The notes below the pieces were generated by a model. It worked only from the letters and a program-made list of their open reading frames with translations. It was not told where the DNA came from and made no database searches. 64,000 nt of DNA from Mustelus asterias. Taxonomy: Eukaryota. Position 1 is the first letter of the stretch, and each line of letters opens with the position of its first letter. The DNA is taken from contig NC_135805.1 in assembly GCF_964213995.1 (NCBI RefSeq), forward strand, positions 66,774,001 through 66,838,000, read 5' to 3'. Shown piece after piece: positions 49,092 to 62,444 of the stretch. The translations under genes were made by a program, and so were the position numbers.

Positions 49092-49829
49092 TGTGATAAC
49101 GTGGCCCCTTTAAAGGAGCGTCCCCTGAGGGCCATCTGATCAGGATGGACACTATGGAATGTCAAGGTGGAAAGCTGAGTCAATCGAGTGCAAAGGTGCA
49201 TATCCCGAGTCGGGGAAGATCCTCAGTTGGAACCAGGGAGGAGTGTTACATAGAACATAGAGCAGTACATCACAGAACAGGACCTTCGGCCCACGATGTT
49301 GTGCCGAGCTTTATCTGAAACCAAGATCAAGCTATCCCACTCCCTATCATCCTGGTGCGCTCCATGTGCCTATCCAATAACCGCTTAAATGTTCCTAAAG
49401 TGTCTGACTCCACTATCACTGCAGGCAGTCCATTCCACACCCCAACCACTCTCTGCGTAAAGAACCTACCTCTGATATCCTTCCTGTATCTCCCACCACG
49501 AACCCTATAGTTATGCCCCCTTGTAATAGCTCCATCCACCCGAGGAAATAGTCTTTGAACGTTCACTCTATCTATCCCCTTCATCATTTTATAAACCTCT
49601 ATTAAGTCTCCCCTCAGCCTCCTCCGCTCCAGAGAGAACAGCCCTAGCTCCCTCAACCTTTCCTCATAAGACCTACCCTCCAAACCAGGCAGCATCCTGG
49701 TAAATCTCCTGTGTTGTATAGTTGCATAGTTTATTCTGTCTGATCCTGTTATTGTAAATATTTATTTATCACTGGCAAATAAAGCCTTTGTTACTTTGAA
49801 CCACATCGAGTTGCCCTCGATTTATTACA
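49092..49829 (+). mobile_element. Solo LTR interrupted by CR1
   Basis: TGTGATAA...TTATTACA ends; AATAAA near 49778; TSD ATACA/ATGCA. Confidence 0.75.
49254..49710 (-). mobile_element. Young CR1 3' end
   Basis: ORF 49327-49695; TSD-like GTGTTACATAG/GTGTTGTATAG. Confidence 0.92.
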
Positions 49830-51194
49830 ATGCACTTACTGCCTGTCATATTGGAAACTGAGCGCACCATAAATAACAGCTGCTGAATGGTCAGATTTCT
49901 AGGCCGAGAAAAATTAGATGTGCAAGTGAATGTAAAGTTTGGAGGTTACTGGTATCAAAGATCCTCTATACATCCGACCCTGTGGAGTTCTTCCCGAGCA
50001 CTGAGAAAAGTCTGGGGTGTCAGGATTTGGACTCAGGATGTGATTTGTCTACCAGCAAAGTAGAGTGACATCTCCAACAAGCACTTGTTTTAACAGCCAG
50101 AAGACTCTGTAGATTAATGAATGACAGGGTCTGGCACTGCACAATTCATAGACAGGTCTGTTCCATGTTCCCTGGTCTCTACTAAAATAGTTCCACACAG
50201 TCAGCTAAACAACATTGGTACATTGTTGGATTCAGCATCCCGGGATTAGGGATAGGAAAAATTAGGCCAGGTGCACAGTTCTCATCATTATCCAAAATTC
50301 ACCAGCATTAAATGCAAGGATCACGAGGCTATGGTTACTCATGTCCCTCACACACACACACACACGCAGACATATGCATATCAAATGGCCACTTGAATGA
50401 GGCACTACAGGGATTCTGGCATCCATGAAACAACAGTCTTCAGAAGAGGAAAGGTGGAGGAAAATTGTAAACAAAAAGAGGAGTAATGAAGATCAATTTA
50501 ACTGTCGAGCGTGGCAATCTGAGTTTATAATGGAGAGTGGCGTTAGGAGCATTTTACTTTGAATTGGTCTGAATTCCACTAAGGACATTTACATGCAGCT
50601 GTTTGATTTAAATCAGTAGCTGATTCAAACTCAGTTAAAAGTTATGCGCCTGATTAAGGAAGGCTAATGTGATGCTACTTACCAGAGCTACACGGAGGGT
50701 CTGTCTTCTAGACATCTGTGAACCCAACCCCGTACAAAACCACTGGAGGCTGCCATGTTGAGGCAATGAAAGTTGGATGACACTGTTCCTTTTCTTACTT
50801 CAGTGACTCTAAATAGACCCTGTGTCTAGACCTTGCACTTGGCTACAAGTCTGCATTTTACGGGAATGAGATGTGCCATAGTGCCCTCTTGTTGTCTGTG
50901 TACATTGCAGAAAGGGAAGAGAATACTGATATTGCACTCACACCTCTTCAAAATGAAATGATAGAGGCTAAACATTTCTTCTCAAAGGCAGCTTAGATTG
51001 GTTGAAAACTGTGGTTTATAATAGCTTCTTGTACTAGACTTCTAGGAGAATGATCATTTTTGTGTTTTGTTTATCTCTAATTATTTCTTTTGAGCAGTGA
51101 TGAAAATTGAATAATTCATTGAGCAAAACAACCAATGGAAATGGATATTCATTTCGATTCCACGTCCTCTAAAATCATTGATTCCTTACAACTA

Positions 51195-51275
51195 TTTTAC
51201 AAAAGGGCGGCATGGACAAGTTGGGCCGAAGGGCCTGTTTCCTGCTGTAAACCTCTATGACTCGACGACTCTAAA
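51195..51275 (+). mobile_element. CR1 tail fragment
   Basis: Matches the tail at 40670-40740 (reverse strand). Confidence 0.75.
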
Positions 51276-51327
51276 TAAGTAATTTGGTTTTATTATCATG
51301 CCTTGGTGACCACGCAATCTTATGTAC

Positions 51328-51458
51328 ATAGAACATAGAACAGTACAGCACAGAACAGGCCCTTCGGCCCACGATGTTGTGCCGAGCTTTATCTGAAACC
51401 AAGATCAAGCTATCCCACTCCCTATCATCCTGGTGTGCTCCATGTGCCTATCCAATAA
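51328..51458 (-). mobile_element. Short CR1 3' end
   Basis: Nearly identical to 49250-49380; TSD ATGTA. Confidence 0.88.
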
Positions 51459-53388
51459 ATGTATTCAATTATATCAATTCTCCTGTGATGTAGGTGGCCG
51501 CTGCAAAATATTATGACCATTTCCTGATGGAGGTGACCGTTCTCTTAGGGTCCCCAAGTCCCGGAATGAACATGAGACAGGTTCTATCATTGGTCCCTGA
51601 GTTGGGCAAAGTGGCAAGTTTATGGAGTTTCTACTGGAGTGTTTCTTCTATACTCTGCTGTGAAGGCCATGCCCGTCAACATCTCCAATGCTACTGCCAT
51701 TTTGATTACTAACCAGCAGCCGGAGAATGGACCTCATGGAATAAGAAAGATTATTTCATTCTTGGAAGAGAGCCCAATGAGTATCCTTTAGTCCCTCAGC
51801 TGATTCCCTGTAGACCTTGTATGCCAGTTAACAATGGTCTTTGCAGCTGATCGCCTAAGAACTGCAGTTCTTCAGTAAGTACCCCCATACTGACTTGCCC
51901 GGATCTCTCATAAATCAAGAGAAGGTTTGAAAAGCTTTATGCAGCTGCCACTTAATTCAGGTGATCATGCAGCAAGTAGCGGTTGATGACAGAAATGCAG
52001 TGGACTCCACCATCATACAAGCCATTTGAAGCAATCACAGAACACATCCTTCCCTTCAGGGGCTGACATTTCTTATTCCCCTGCTCAACCAGATTATGTT
52101 CTAATTCCATACCCACATCCTTTCCCTTCCTTGTGTTCTGTCTTAACATATGTCAATTCTTCATCTAAACTATATGAATCCCCCTTGCGTGGGTGTATCT
52201 TGGTTGTTGAGTGTAAGGGGGCAAATGATGGATGGTTGCCAGGGTTGCCCAAGGTAGAGGGCACAGCTTCAACAATTAGCAATGTTTTCCACTATGTCCT
52301 GGATTGTGGCCTCCTCAGGAGGAACATACAATATTTTCAATTGCCCTCCATTACTTCACCTTAGGGCCATTACTGCTGCTACCTTCTGCTAATATTGACT
52401 CCTTCCACCAGACAACCCCAGGGGCAGCATTAACAACAGCAGGCACAAGAGAAATGGAGCAGAAGGTTGAGCTCTGAACCACCAGCCAGCATTTCTGTGC
52501 AGTGGGCGGGCAAAGCATGGCCACAGTTCTGATGGGGACAGAATTATTAACATTTGGAACAGAGAGGGTGATGATAGGACTTAATAGCCCATTTTCCCCA
52601 AAATTACTTCTCATTTTGGGCAGGAAAATTCATTACTGTCCCTTTTTCACTGTTAATGAAATCATAAGTAATGTTCTTTTAGAAAGTATATTTGATGCTG
52701 CTCAAAATATCAAAGGGAAATCTGTATAGATCCACTTATGATATTACTGCAAATAATGATCTGTAGATTTCTTGCCCACCAGAATTGAACAGTCCTGATG
52801 TGGGAGCAGATTCTGAACATGAATGATATTTGTAATAGGAATCATTATTCACCCTAACTAGTAACGTGGGGAATAAATGCTGAAAGATTATGTGGTATTG
52901 AGTCTGAGAGAGCAGAAACATCTCAGCTTTAATCCCTGATCTGTGCCAAGTTACTTGACCTCAGCTGGGCAGCTAAGAAAATGGACACTTGCCAAAGCTC
53001 AATACAAATGCTGTCAGTTCCACTCCCAGTTAACTATGGGTCTACGCTAATTTTCTGCAGGCAGTTTGGGCAGCAGCTGGTTTCATTTGCTTCAGTGTAG
53101 TTGGCTCTTTTGCTGAAAGAGTAGAAATGCAAATACAATAGTTTGTAAAAGGCACTTTATGTGAACAATTGACAACATCACAGACCGGCCCTCGGCTTTC
53201 TGTTCATACATTTTCAAACCTAAAAACACAATCCTTACTTTGTTTTGTTCGTTTTATCCTCTATCCTTTTCAATATGTGGCTGCGGTGCTTGATGGTATT
53301 TGAACTTTACACTCTACAGTTTAAAATAATTTACTACGTTAGGGAGTAACCTAAATACTTGAATCACCGCATCCTTATTAAAGAGCAT

Positions 53389-53945
53389 GGGGGCGATTCT
53401 TCCAGCCCACTGCATTGCCCCAACGAGTGCAATGGGCTGGGAGACATCAGCGGCGGTCATTTCCTTGGCTTCCTGCTGGCCATCATGGCCTCTGTTCATC
53501 TCCCAGGCAACGATTTCTGATGTAATCAGCTCCATGCTGGAAATCGATGCAGAGATGATTATCATATGGAAAAGAGGGGTTGGAAGGCCAGCGATGCAGG
53601 GCGGACCAGCGATCGGTCTGGCCAGCGATTTGGAGGCTGGCAATGGGGGTGGGGAGGTGGCAGGTGGGGGGGGGAGGGGGCGGGGTGGGTGGGTGAGGGG
53701 GCACTGTGCATGCGCTGATCTCCCCTCTGATAGATCGGCATATGCACAGTGGCTCACTTGACATTATGCTGCCAGCCTCTTGGGTAGGAATAGGCCCCGC
53801 TCCCAGCTTTCCAGAGTTAATAATGCCCGGGCACTCTGTGATGCACAGAGTGTTAGAGATTCATTCTGGAAATCACGCTAACAAAAAAGGCAAGATTTAC
53901 TCCCATTTTTCCGCACTTTGGGATCTTATGTCCCCAAATGTCCCC
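53389..53945. mobile_element. Harbinger-like MITE
   Basis: GGGGCGATTCT start; body homologous to 17580-17957 and 21288-22035. Confidence 0.6.
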
Positions 53946-54269
53946 ATAATTTGAAATACAGGTTAGGAAAGTGTCATCTTCAATTCCTAGTTTGTGCTGA
54001 GTCAGCTGATCATGATCAGGGAAGTGGTAGTTGTAATTAATTGTTATAACCCTGGGTTAGGGAAGGCAATATTGGTCAGGACTTCCCTATCTTATAGGCT
54101 ATGCAGTGGACTATACTGGAAAGATCGGATTCAGTTTGTTGTTCTCCATAAGAACATGAGAGATAGGAGCGGGCATAGGCCAAACTGCTTTGCCATTCAG
54201 TACAATCATGGCTGATCTTGGGCTTCAACTCTACTTTCCCACCCATTCACTCTTCATTTCCCTTGAGTC

Positions 54270-54540
54270 CCGAAGAATTCCTCTGGCGGGTTCTGCTCAC
54301 CAGACGCACGCTCTCAGTGGGTGGGACCTCTCGCCCACTCCCCAGGGTCCTGATCCCGGAGAAAAATCAGCGGGCAGTCTCTAAACTGTCTGATTGGCTC
54401 ATGGTTCAGCAGACCTTCCCAAGGGAGGCAACGTGGATGTCTCACTGGCTCTCCAGTAAGCCGGCAAGATTCACTTTGCCACCACAATATTCTACTCTTC
54501 ATGGTGAGGAGGGCAATATGGCACCTGTAAAATCCAGCCC
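54270..54540. mobile_element. MITE fragment
   Basis: Ends GTAAAATCCAGCCC like the other TIRs. Confidence 0.45.
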
Positions 54541-54694
54541 GTGGAGTAGCTGGCGGTTTTGGTAGAAGCGATGGAGACCCGTTGGTGTTTGTTGTGGTCC
54601 AGTCTGATTTGGTGATGGATGTAGCTAAACTAATTGTGCACCCGAAATACTCAAGTCTGCACTCTTGGACTTCAGCGAATAAAGACTGGGACTA

Positions 54695-54834
54695 AAATAA
54701 AAGCAAATTACTGCGGATGCTGGAATCTGGAACCAAAAGAGAAAATGCTGGAAATTCTCAGCAGGTCTGGCAGCATCTATAAGGAAGGGAAAGAGCTGAC
54801 GTTTCGAGTCCAAGTGACCCTTTGTCAAAGCTGG
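54695..54834 (-). mobile_element. Penelope-like family B terminus with U3-A8 hammerhead
   Basis: Minus strand AGCT TTGACAA AGGGTCACTTGGACTC GAAA CGTC AGCT; 13-bp TSD AAGACTGGGACTA at 54682-54694 and 54835-54847. Confidence 0.85.
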
Positions 54835-54904
54835 AAGACTGGGACTATACCAGGAGAATGACTAGTTTAAAATGTGATGGCAACAAAAGTGAAATCAGAA
54901 TTGT

Positions 54905-55255
54905 TAGAACCATAGGACCACTACAGTGTAGAAGGAGGCCATTTGGCCAATCGAGCCTGCACTGACTTTTTGAAAGATCATCTTAACCAAGCCCACCTTC
55001 CCACTCTATCCCCACAACCTCACACATTTACCATGGCTAATATACCTAACCTACACATCTTTGGACACTAAGGGACGATTTACCGTGGCCAATTCACCTA
55101 ACCTAATCTTTGGACTGTGGGAGGAAACTGGAGCACCCGGAGGAAACCCACGCAGGCACAAGGAGAATGTGCAAACTCCAGTCAAGGCCGGAATTAAATT
55201 TGAGTCCCTGGTGCTCTGAGGCAGCATTGCTAACAACTGTGCCATCATGCTGCCT
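54905..55255 (-). mobile_element. Diverged HE1 V-SINE
   Basis: Head, core and tail homology. Confidence 0.82.
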
Positions 55256-55749
55256 TTGCTGGCCTGACTTCTAACCACCTGCCTCAGACCCTTCGCTTCT
55301 TCCCTGAACTGCAGTTGAAACAGTTTACAGTGCACAGTTCTTCATCTCTAGCTGTTTATTATGCATTGAAAGATCCGGTTAAAGGGCCAAGGCCCATTAT
55401 ACTGAATTCCACCAACATTTAAAGGAAGAACACAGAAGGCAAGGTAAATCAGAATGTAATGATTGGATATGATGATGTAAGGATGAAGAATGCAGCAAAT
55501 CTTAATAATTTGAGATCTTGATGGAGACATAAAGTAGGAGATTGATGTGTTATAAGGAGGAGACTGTATATGGAATGAAGCACAAAATTCAAATGAGCGT
55601 TAACCCTTGGTAATAAACTAGAAGAAAACTAATGTCAGAGAAAGAGAAGTTGGAGGCTAGGGTTGAGAGAGCAAGAAAAAGATAATGGACTAGAAAGTGA
55701 TCCATATTCAACCTATTTTGCACATGTCAAGGACCAATACTTTGTAAGA

Positions 55750-56091
55750 TCATAGAAATCATAGAAACCCTACAGTGCAGAAGGAGGGCCATTCGGCCCA
55801 TCGAGTCTGCACCGACCACAATCCCACCCAGGCCTTACCCCCGCATATTTACCCACTAATCCCTCTAACCTACACATCTCAGCACTCTAAGGGGCAATTT
55901 CTAACCTGGCCAATCAACCTAACCTGCATATCTTTGGACTGTGGGAGGAAACCGGAGCACCCGGAGGAAACCCACGCAGACACGAGGAGAATGTGCAAAC
56001 TCCACACAGACAGCGACCCAAGCCGGGAATCGAACCCAGGTCCCTGGAGCTGTGAAGCAGCAGTGCTAACCACTGTGCTACCATGCCACCC
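55750..56091 (-). mobile_element. Young HE1 V-SINE
   Basis: Full-length; near-identical to 40985-41323. Confidence 0.92.
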
Positions 56092-57329
56092 CCAAGATGA
56101 CAGACCGAAGGACAGGTGTCCAACTGAGGAAGGCGGAGATGTGGACAGGGTGACCAAAAATACATACAGCTGTAGAAAAATTCAAAGATACAAAACTTTC
56201 AATTTCCCATTGAGGTTTCAGGGAAAATTTGGGATTCTGCCATTACACTGTGAGAAGAGAGAAGGAAATAATTAAAATAGAATGGGATCACTGGTAAAAA
56301 GTCTTCTATTTAGTGGTTTTAATTTGGATAGATTAAAGTATCTTAAAGAAGCTTAGTGGAAAAACAAATGGAGTGCCTTGACAAGCATGTTTTAAGCACA
56401 GCTCATTGAAACAAATTTCTGTTTTTCCAAGGCAATTGCCACAAATACTACTGCATCAAAGTCACTGAAAATAACAGGACTTTATGCTTCCCACCTCTTC
56501 ACTGAAATGCTTCTAACCTATTCATATCTGGGTGTATAGCAAAGCATATCACAAGGGCATTTTGAAATGGTCTTATCATTTTATGGTTTTTTTTTAATCC
56601 ACATGGAATACATTTTACAGGGTCATCTGATATGTGCAATGAAATTCAAGGCTAAATCCCATTTTAGGTTTGAGATGATTATTTATTATTTAGGCCAGTT
56701 CAGCTCCGAGATTATATTACAGGTCCACCAAGCCATCCCTTGTTCTATACATGACTGGTTGGATCATGCTACATGAGATGTTTAATAGTTGGACTAACGT
56801 AACATAATATTTCATTTCATTTTTCATCTTTTGGATTCCACTTGGCATCATGCAACTCCCTCCACTATGAGGGTGCTACGTCTTTTTGTCTATCAATTTC
56901 CACAATCTCTGGCAAGGCCAATTCATGATAGCCCGGCAGGAAGTGCTATTCAATATTTGGATGTTGCTATATTCTTTTGGCTGAAAAGCAGCAGTACTCA
57001 CACAACCAAAACAAGTATGTTGAAGTGACAGAGAGTCTAGGGAGTTACAATCTTCTGTTTGGGAGCCAAAAACTGTGCTACCTGAGCCAAGCCACACCTA
57101 AATAATGTCAGACTTGTTTTTCACATTAAATCTCATTTTTACTTGCAAATGTTATGGTTTGAAGTATTTGTTGCTTTAGATGCTCTAACAAATGTATTTT
57201 TTTAAACACAGAATAACATTTTGAAATCTGAAAATATATACACAGGGAAGCAACTTTTCACATGGAAACCGGAACATACATATAACTGTGTAAATCAGTG
57301 ATCGATATATTTGTACAGCTAAGAACATC

Positions 57330-57995
57330 TTTGGTTTGAAAGGTGCTGTCTAAGGAGCCTTGGAGAGTTCCTTCAGTGCATCATGTGTATAGTATGCACT
57401 GCTGCTAATGTACATCAGTGGTGGAGTGAGTGAATGTTTGTGGAAGGGATGCCAATCAAGCAGGCTACTTTGTCCTGGATGGTGTTAAGCTTCTTGAGTG
57501 TAGTTGGAGCTGCACTCATTCAGGCAAGGGGAGAGTATTCCATCACAGTCCTGACTTGTAACTTGTAGATTATGTGTGCTTTGTGGAGTCAGGAGGTGAG
57601 TTACTTGCTGCAGGATTCCTAACCTCTTTCCTGTTCATGTAGCCACAGTATATGGCTAGTCTAGTTCAGTTTCTGGTCAATGATAACCCCCAGGATGTTG
57701 ATAGTGGAGTATTCAGTGAATGTAATGCCATTGACTGTCAAGGGCGATGGTTAGATTCTCTCTTGTTGGAGATGGTCATTGCCTGGCACTTGTGTGGCAT
57801 GAATGTTACTTGCCATTTGTCAGCCCAAGCCTGGATATTGTCCAGGTCATGTTGCACTTAGATATGGACTGTTTTAGCATCTGAGGAGTTGCGAATGGTG
57901 CCAAACTCTGTGCAATCATCAGCAAACATCCCCACTTCTGACATTATGAAAGAAGGAAGGTCATTGATGAAGCAGCTGAATATGGTTTGGCCGAG
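57330..57995 (-). mobile_element. CR1-like LINE RT fragment
   Basis: Minus strand FADDCT..., DLDNIQAWADKWQVTF.PHKCQAMTI. Confidence 0.8.
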
Positions 57996-59234
57996 GACGG
58001 GGGTGGGGAGGAGCCAGGAACCTGCTCACCTCTTGGTAAGCTCCCTGAGGAACTTGTTAAAGGGCTGGGGAGGGCCAGACTGTGATTTTCGAATCACAGG
58101 AGATTTGCTGAAGCAATCTGGTGCATATTAGTGCAAGTGCTGTTGGGTGCAATGCAGTGAGTCATCAACTAATGCTGTTTCCGAGGGAAGATTTTTGACA
58201 ATAAGGATTATTGTCTGAGATTGTTTGCAACACTTCTTTAATGGCCATTTGACCATTTCTCTGTGCCATGAGGCTGCTGGCCTTCTGATGGCCTTCCTCC
58301 TCTATTCTGCAAGGCAGTGGCATGTCCCTTTGAGGATGATGCTCAGCAGTCAGCTTCCACCCCCCAGTAGTGCTCAGGGGGACGCCACTATTTGGGTGCT
58401 AAACTCACTACCAACCCATTGAGGGCACGAGTGACCCAGTTGATGTATGGGGTCAGGACCTGGAAATTATCCAGCTGTCAGGTTCCTGACATCACTTGAA
58501 AATCCTGGCACATATCTCTTTGGACGTTCAAACACCTCCTCAAATCTTCCTCTTCATATGCCAACTTCCTCTTCAGTCACTTCCATTAACTTATCTTGGC
58601 TTATATACTCTGGAGCTGAGTTTTAATGTTTTAAAGTTTATTGAACAATGAGTAGTGATCTTATTGAAATATAGAAAATTCTTAGTAAGTTTGATTGGGT
58701 AGAGCTTCTGTTTGTCCGAGTTGCAGAGTCTAGAACATGGCGTCACAGCCTCAGAATAAGGGGTCAGCCATTTAGGACTGAGGCTTGTCAATCTTTGGAA
58801 TTCTCCACATAGAAAGTCATTGTTTAAACTAAGTTTGAATGATTTTTGGACTCCAAGGAAAAAATAACAATGTTCAAGCCAGGGGAATGTGTGTAAGGTA
58901 GAAGGATAGCTGGGGTTGCATGCAGGCTATAGGGATGTCTGGCTTGCTCTTGCTCTGACTGCTTATGTACTCATATTCTTAATATGCCTTCAATGCAGCA
59001 GATTTCAGTGAATGGAGAGGAGGAGAGAATAAGAGAGAGAGAGAGAGTGCAAAGTTGGAAAGAGGGATAAATAAAGCAGAAAAAGATGCATTACTATTGA
59101 TAGTAGAAACCTAACAGAACAGGAACTTGGAATATTAACAGATAGATTTGAGCAGGTTTTTGAAGGTAGGAAGAACAATGGAGAAGTGAAGGCTGGTTGA
59201 AGGCTCTACCAATTAGGTTCTCTATCAATTAGAA

Positions 59235-59900
59235 GGACAAGGGCAGCAGGCACATGGAAGCACCATCACAGGATCACAAAATTGTTACGGTGCAGAAGGA
59301 GGCCATTTGGCCCATTGTATCTCCACCATCGTCAATTTTCAACACGCCATCCTAACATGAAAATACATCGCTTTGTCATTTCTGAGTCAAGATCTTGGAA
59401 CTCCCTCCCTCACAGCACTGTGGGTGTACCTACATCACCTGGACTGCAGCGTTTCAAGAAAGGGGTGGCACGTGGCACAGTGGTTAGCACTGCTGCCTCA
59501 CAGTGCCAGGACCCGGGTTTGATTCCCAGCCTGGGTCACTGTCTGTGTGGAGTTTGCACATTCTCCTCGTGTCTGCGCGGGTTTCCTCCGGGTGCTCCGG
59601 TTTCCAAAGGTGTGCGGGTTAAATTGATTGGCCGTGCTAATTTCAGGGAAATTCTGCGTAATCCCACATATTTACCCTGCTATCCCCCTAGTTTCAGGGG
59701 GATTAGCAGGGTAAATATGTGGGGTTACGCGGATAGGGCCTGGGTGGGCCTGTTGTTGATGCAGGCTCAATGGGCTGAATGGCCTCCTTCTGTACTGTTG
59801 GGATTCTATGATTCTATGAAAGTGGCTCACCACCATTTCTCAAGGATAATTAGGGAAAGGCTCATCAGAGATGCTCACATCCCATAAACGAATAAACAAA
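59235..59900 (+). mobile_element. Old CR1-like 3' end with an HE1 SINE inserted at about 59463-59820
   Basis: SRSWNSLP...GLQRFKK|AHHHF is split by a SINE head, core and tail. Confidence 0.75.
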
Positions 59901-61184
59901 GGTCAAATAGAACAAGAAGGTTTTGAGGGATGACCTTGAAATGTTTTTAAATACAAATTAGAAAGCACCAGGAAAAACATAATGGTCTTCAAAGTGTATG
60001 CCATCAGTATAAATATTGATTTTATGATTTATCACAGAAATGTTACTGAATGTTGGCTAAGAGAATGGGACTGCAATCGTATGAAATGTTTTACAAGGAT
60101 AAACTTACAAAGCGAGCTTGATGGTTGAATTATTGATAAGGAATGATAGAGTACTAAAGGATTTGTAGCTAGAGCAGCAACAAGGGGATAAGGATGAAAC
60201 AAAAGAAATTAATTCTGCCATTCATTCATGCCAGTACAGAGTCATGTCCAATGAATGGAGCACATATTGGAAAATTGTAGATGTTTAGCCCTTGATTTTT
60301 CCATCCATTAATTATAATCTTCACAAGCTATACAATGACAATCTACTGAAACATACTCCCTACAGAGACAGCTCATTACAGCGAACGCTGGATTGCACAA
60401 TCACTCCATATATGGGTAGAACTGGAACATGAGGGTAAATTGGTAACTATTTAAGACCACAGGTACAAAGTGAGCAGGTAAACAGCTACTTGGGTAGTCT
60501 ACAGGACATTGTAATGGCCCAGATCTTCCCATTCCTGGATTGTTGCAGACCTGATGAAGATGACGAGGGCAATGTAGAAGGAGGACTCTGCAAGAGGTGG
60601 AGGGTGGGGTAGGGGTGTAGTATGAGGGTTCACAATGGCAGAGTGACAAAGAGGTGGGTGAAGACAAACAATGAGAGGCAGAGAGAAGACCGAGGGGAAG
60701 GAAGCTGGACCCTGACAAGGCTGCATGAAAAACTCACAAAGGGTCAAAAGAATAGCACATTGTATACTGTAAGGGGATGGATGAAGAATCCAGAGATGAT
60801 GAGTAGAGGTCTAAATGGAACATGGGTGTCTCGCAGGTGATGGGCTCGCAGGGAAGGTGGTTGAAACGAGGAACAGGCTTCATCTTGAGGCTAGTAACCT
60901 TTTCACTCTCCATTGCTGATGTCCTGCATGGTTGGTGAAAACAGATGGGTTGGAGGGAGTGATACCAGTATGCTGGACTGGTATTTCAATATGGTTCTGG
61001 GACCTTCAAACCTGTAAGCTGAGGGCAGGTGTACGAATCAGCTGCTGGACTGCCAGGAGAGTCAGAGGGGAACTCGCCTGTGCATAATTAATGAAGTTCC
61101 AAGCTCTGCATCTGACGTGGGATCCTGCCATTCTGGTCAGTCAGATAGGCGCCACTGGAGTTGCCCACCACCACACTTAGGATG

Positions 61185-61307
61185 GAAGTTTCCAATCCCA
61201 CCCGCCATGGGAATCGTAGTGGGTTCAGGGCAGACTATGCCTAGGGCTGTTGACCTCAGGCGAGATTTTCCTGTCTTGGGGTGAGCGTGGCCGGAAAATC
61301 CCACCCT
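61185..61307. mobile_element. Short MITE
   Basis: Reverse-complement homolog of 36440-36540; ends GGAAAATCCCACC. Confidence 0.65.
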
Positions 61308-61989
61308 TAGTCTCAAAATGGGAGAATTCTACTCAGTCTATTAAGAACACAGCTGATGTTGCACTTCATGTTTCGCAATCTGTTCAAGCTGATTGGTCAG
61401 CTGAAAGTTTGTGAGCATTTGGGATCACCAATTGTGTTACTTTCTGGATTTTCTAATGTTTTCATAGGCTATTTACAATGTAATGGCACAAAACTTTGGG
61501 AAAAAAGGTTTTGAGAATAGTGCTGGGAAAGATTGAACCATACTTAAAACTACAGCAACAGAAAAAGAAATTGCATATTTTTAGGTTTATTGTGAGGAAA
61601 GGACGTTAATTTTGTTTTTAAAAAGAAGGGCACAGTGGTTTAATAAGGAAATTAGATAGCAGCTGAAAAAGAAGCAGGATATGACAAACATTTCACATCA
61701 TCTTTCATTTGGAAACATTCTGTTCATAATAAGTGGAGCGGGTCAGTCTATACCACGTACAAAAGTAAGTCAAGAACGTGTTGTGCAAAGACTGGCAGGA
61801 TTAAATATCCACATGTTTGCTGGGCCAGATGGGGCAAGCACAAGCCTTTTCTTGTCTATCAACGATCATAATTTTACAGGAAATTATAGTCAAAATAGCA
61901 TAAGGGATTACACATATTTATGAAAAGACATTCTTTTCAGTTTGATCCACTAAGTCAAGCTTGCAGAAAGCATATATTGCAAAATTATT

Positions 61990-62162
61990 GAATTATAAAA
62001 TCCCTACAATACAGAAGGAGGCCATTCGGTCCATCGAGTCTGTACCGACCACAATCCCACCCAGGCCCTATTCCCGCAACCCTGCGCATTTACCCTGCTA
62101 ATCCTCCTGACACTAGGTCTATTTAGCATGGTCAATCAACCTAACCCGCACATCTTTGGACA
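61990..62162 (-). mobile_element. 5'-truncated HE1 V-SINE
   Basis: 3' half homology. Confidence 0.85.
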
Positions 62163-62179
62163 CTATCGACACTACGTAA

Positions 62180-62440
62180 GAGTCAGGTGTTAGCTTTGGC
62201 TCAGTGGTAGCACTCCCCCCCCCGCACACCTCCCCCCCCACCCTCCCCGCCCCTCCACCACACCAAATGAGAAGTCCCCTTCCAGAGATCTAGGCTGGCA
62301 CTACTGTGCAGTACTGAGGAGGTGCTGTAAGGTCATAGGTGCATGTTCTTCGGTGCTGTCTTTGAATCAGATGTTAATTGCCCTTTCTACTTTCTTGGAT
62401 GGAAATGAAACACTCCAAAGTATTATTTGAATGAGAAGAA
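62180..62440 (+). mobile_element. Old tRNA SINE, probably Deu/SacSINE-like, with a C-rich expansion
   Basis: TGGCTCAGTGGTAGCACTC head and GTGCAGTACTGAGG.GGTGCTG body; recognition from memory only. Confidence 0.45.
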
Positions 62441-62444
62441 GAGT

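Noticed and set aside
55775-56275. Recurrent CGRKPEHPEETHAD peptide ORFs
   Set aside because: Translations of the antisense SINE core, not a gene family.
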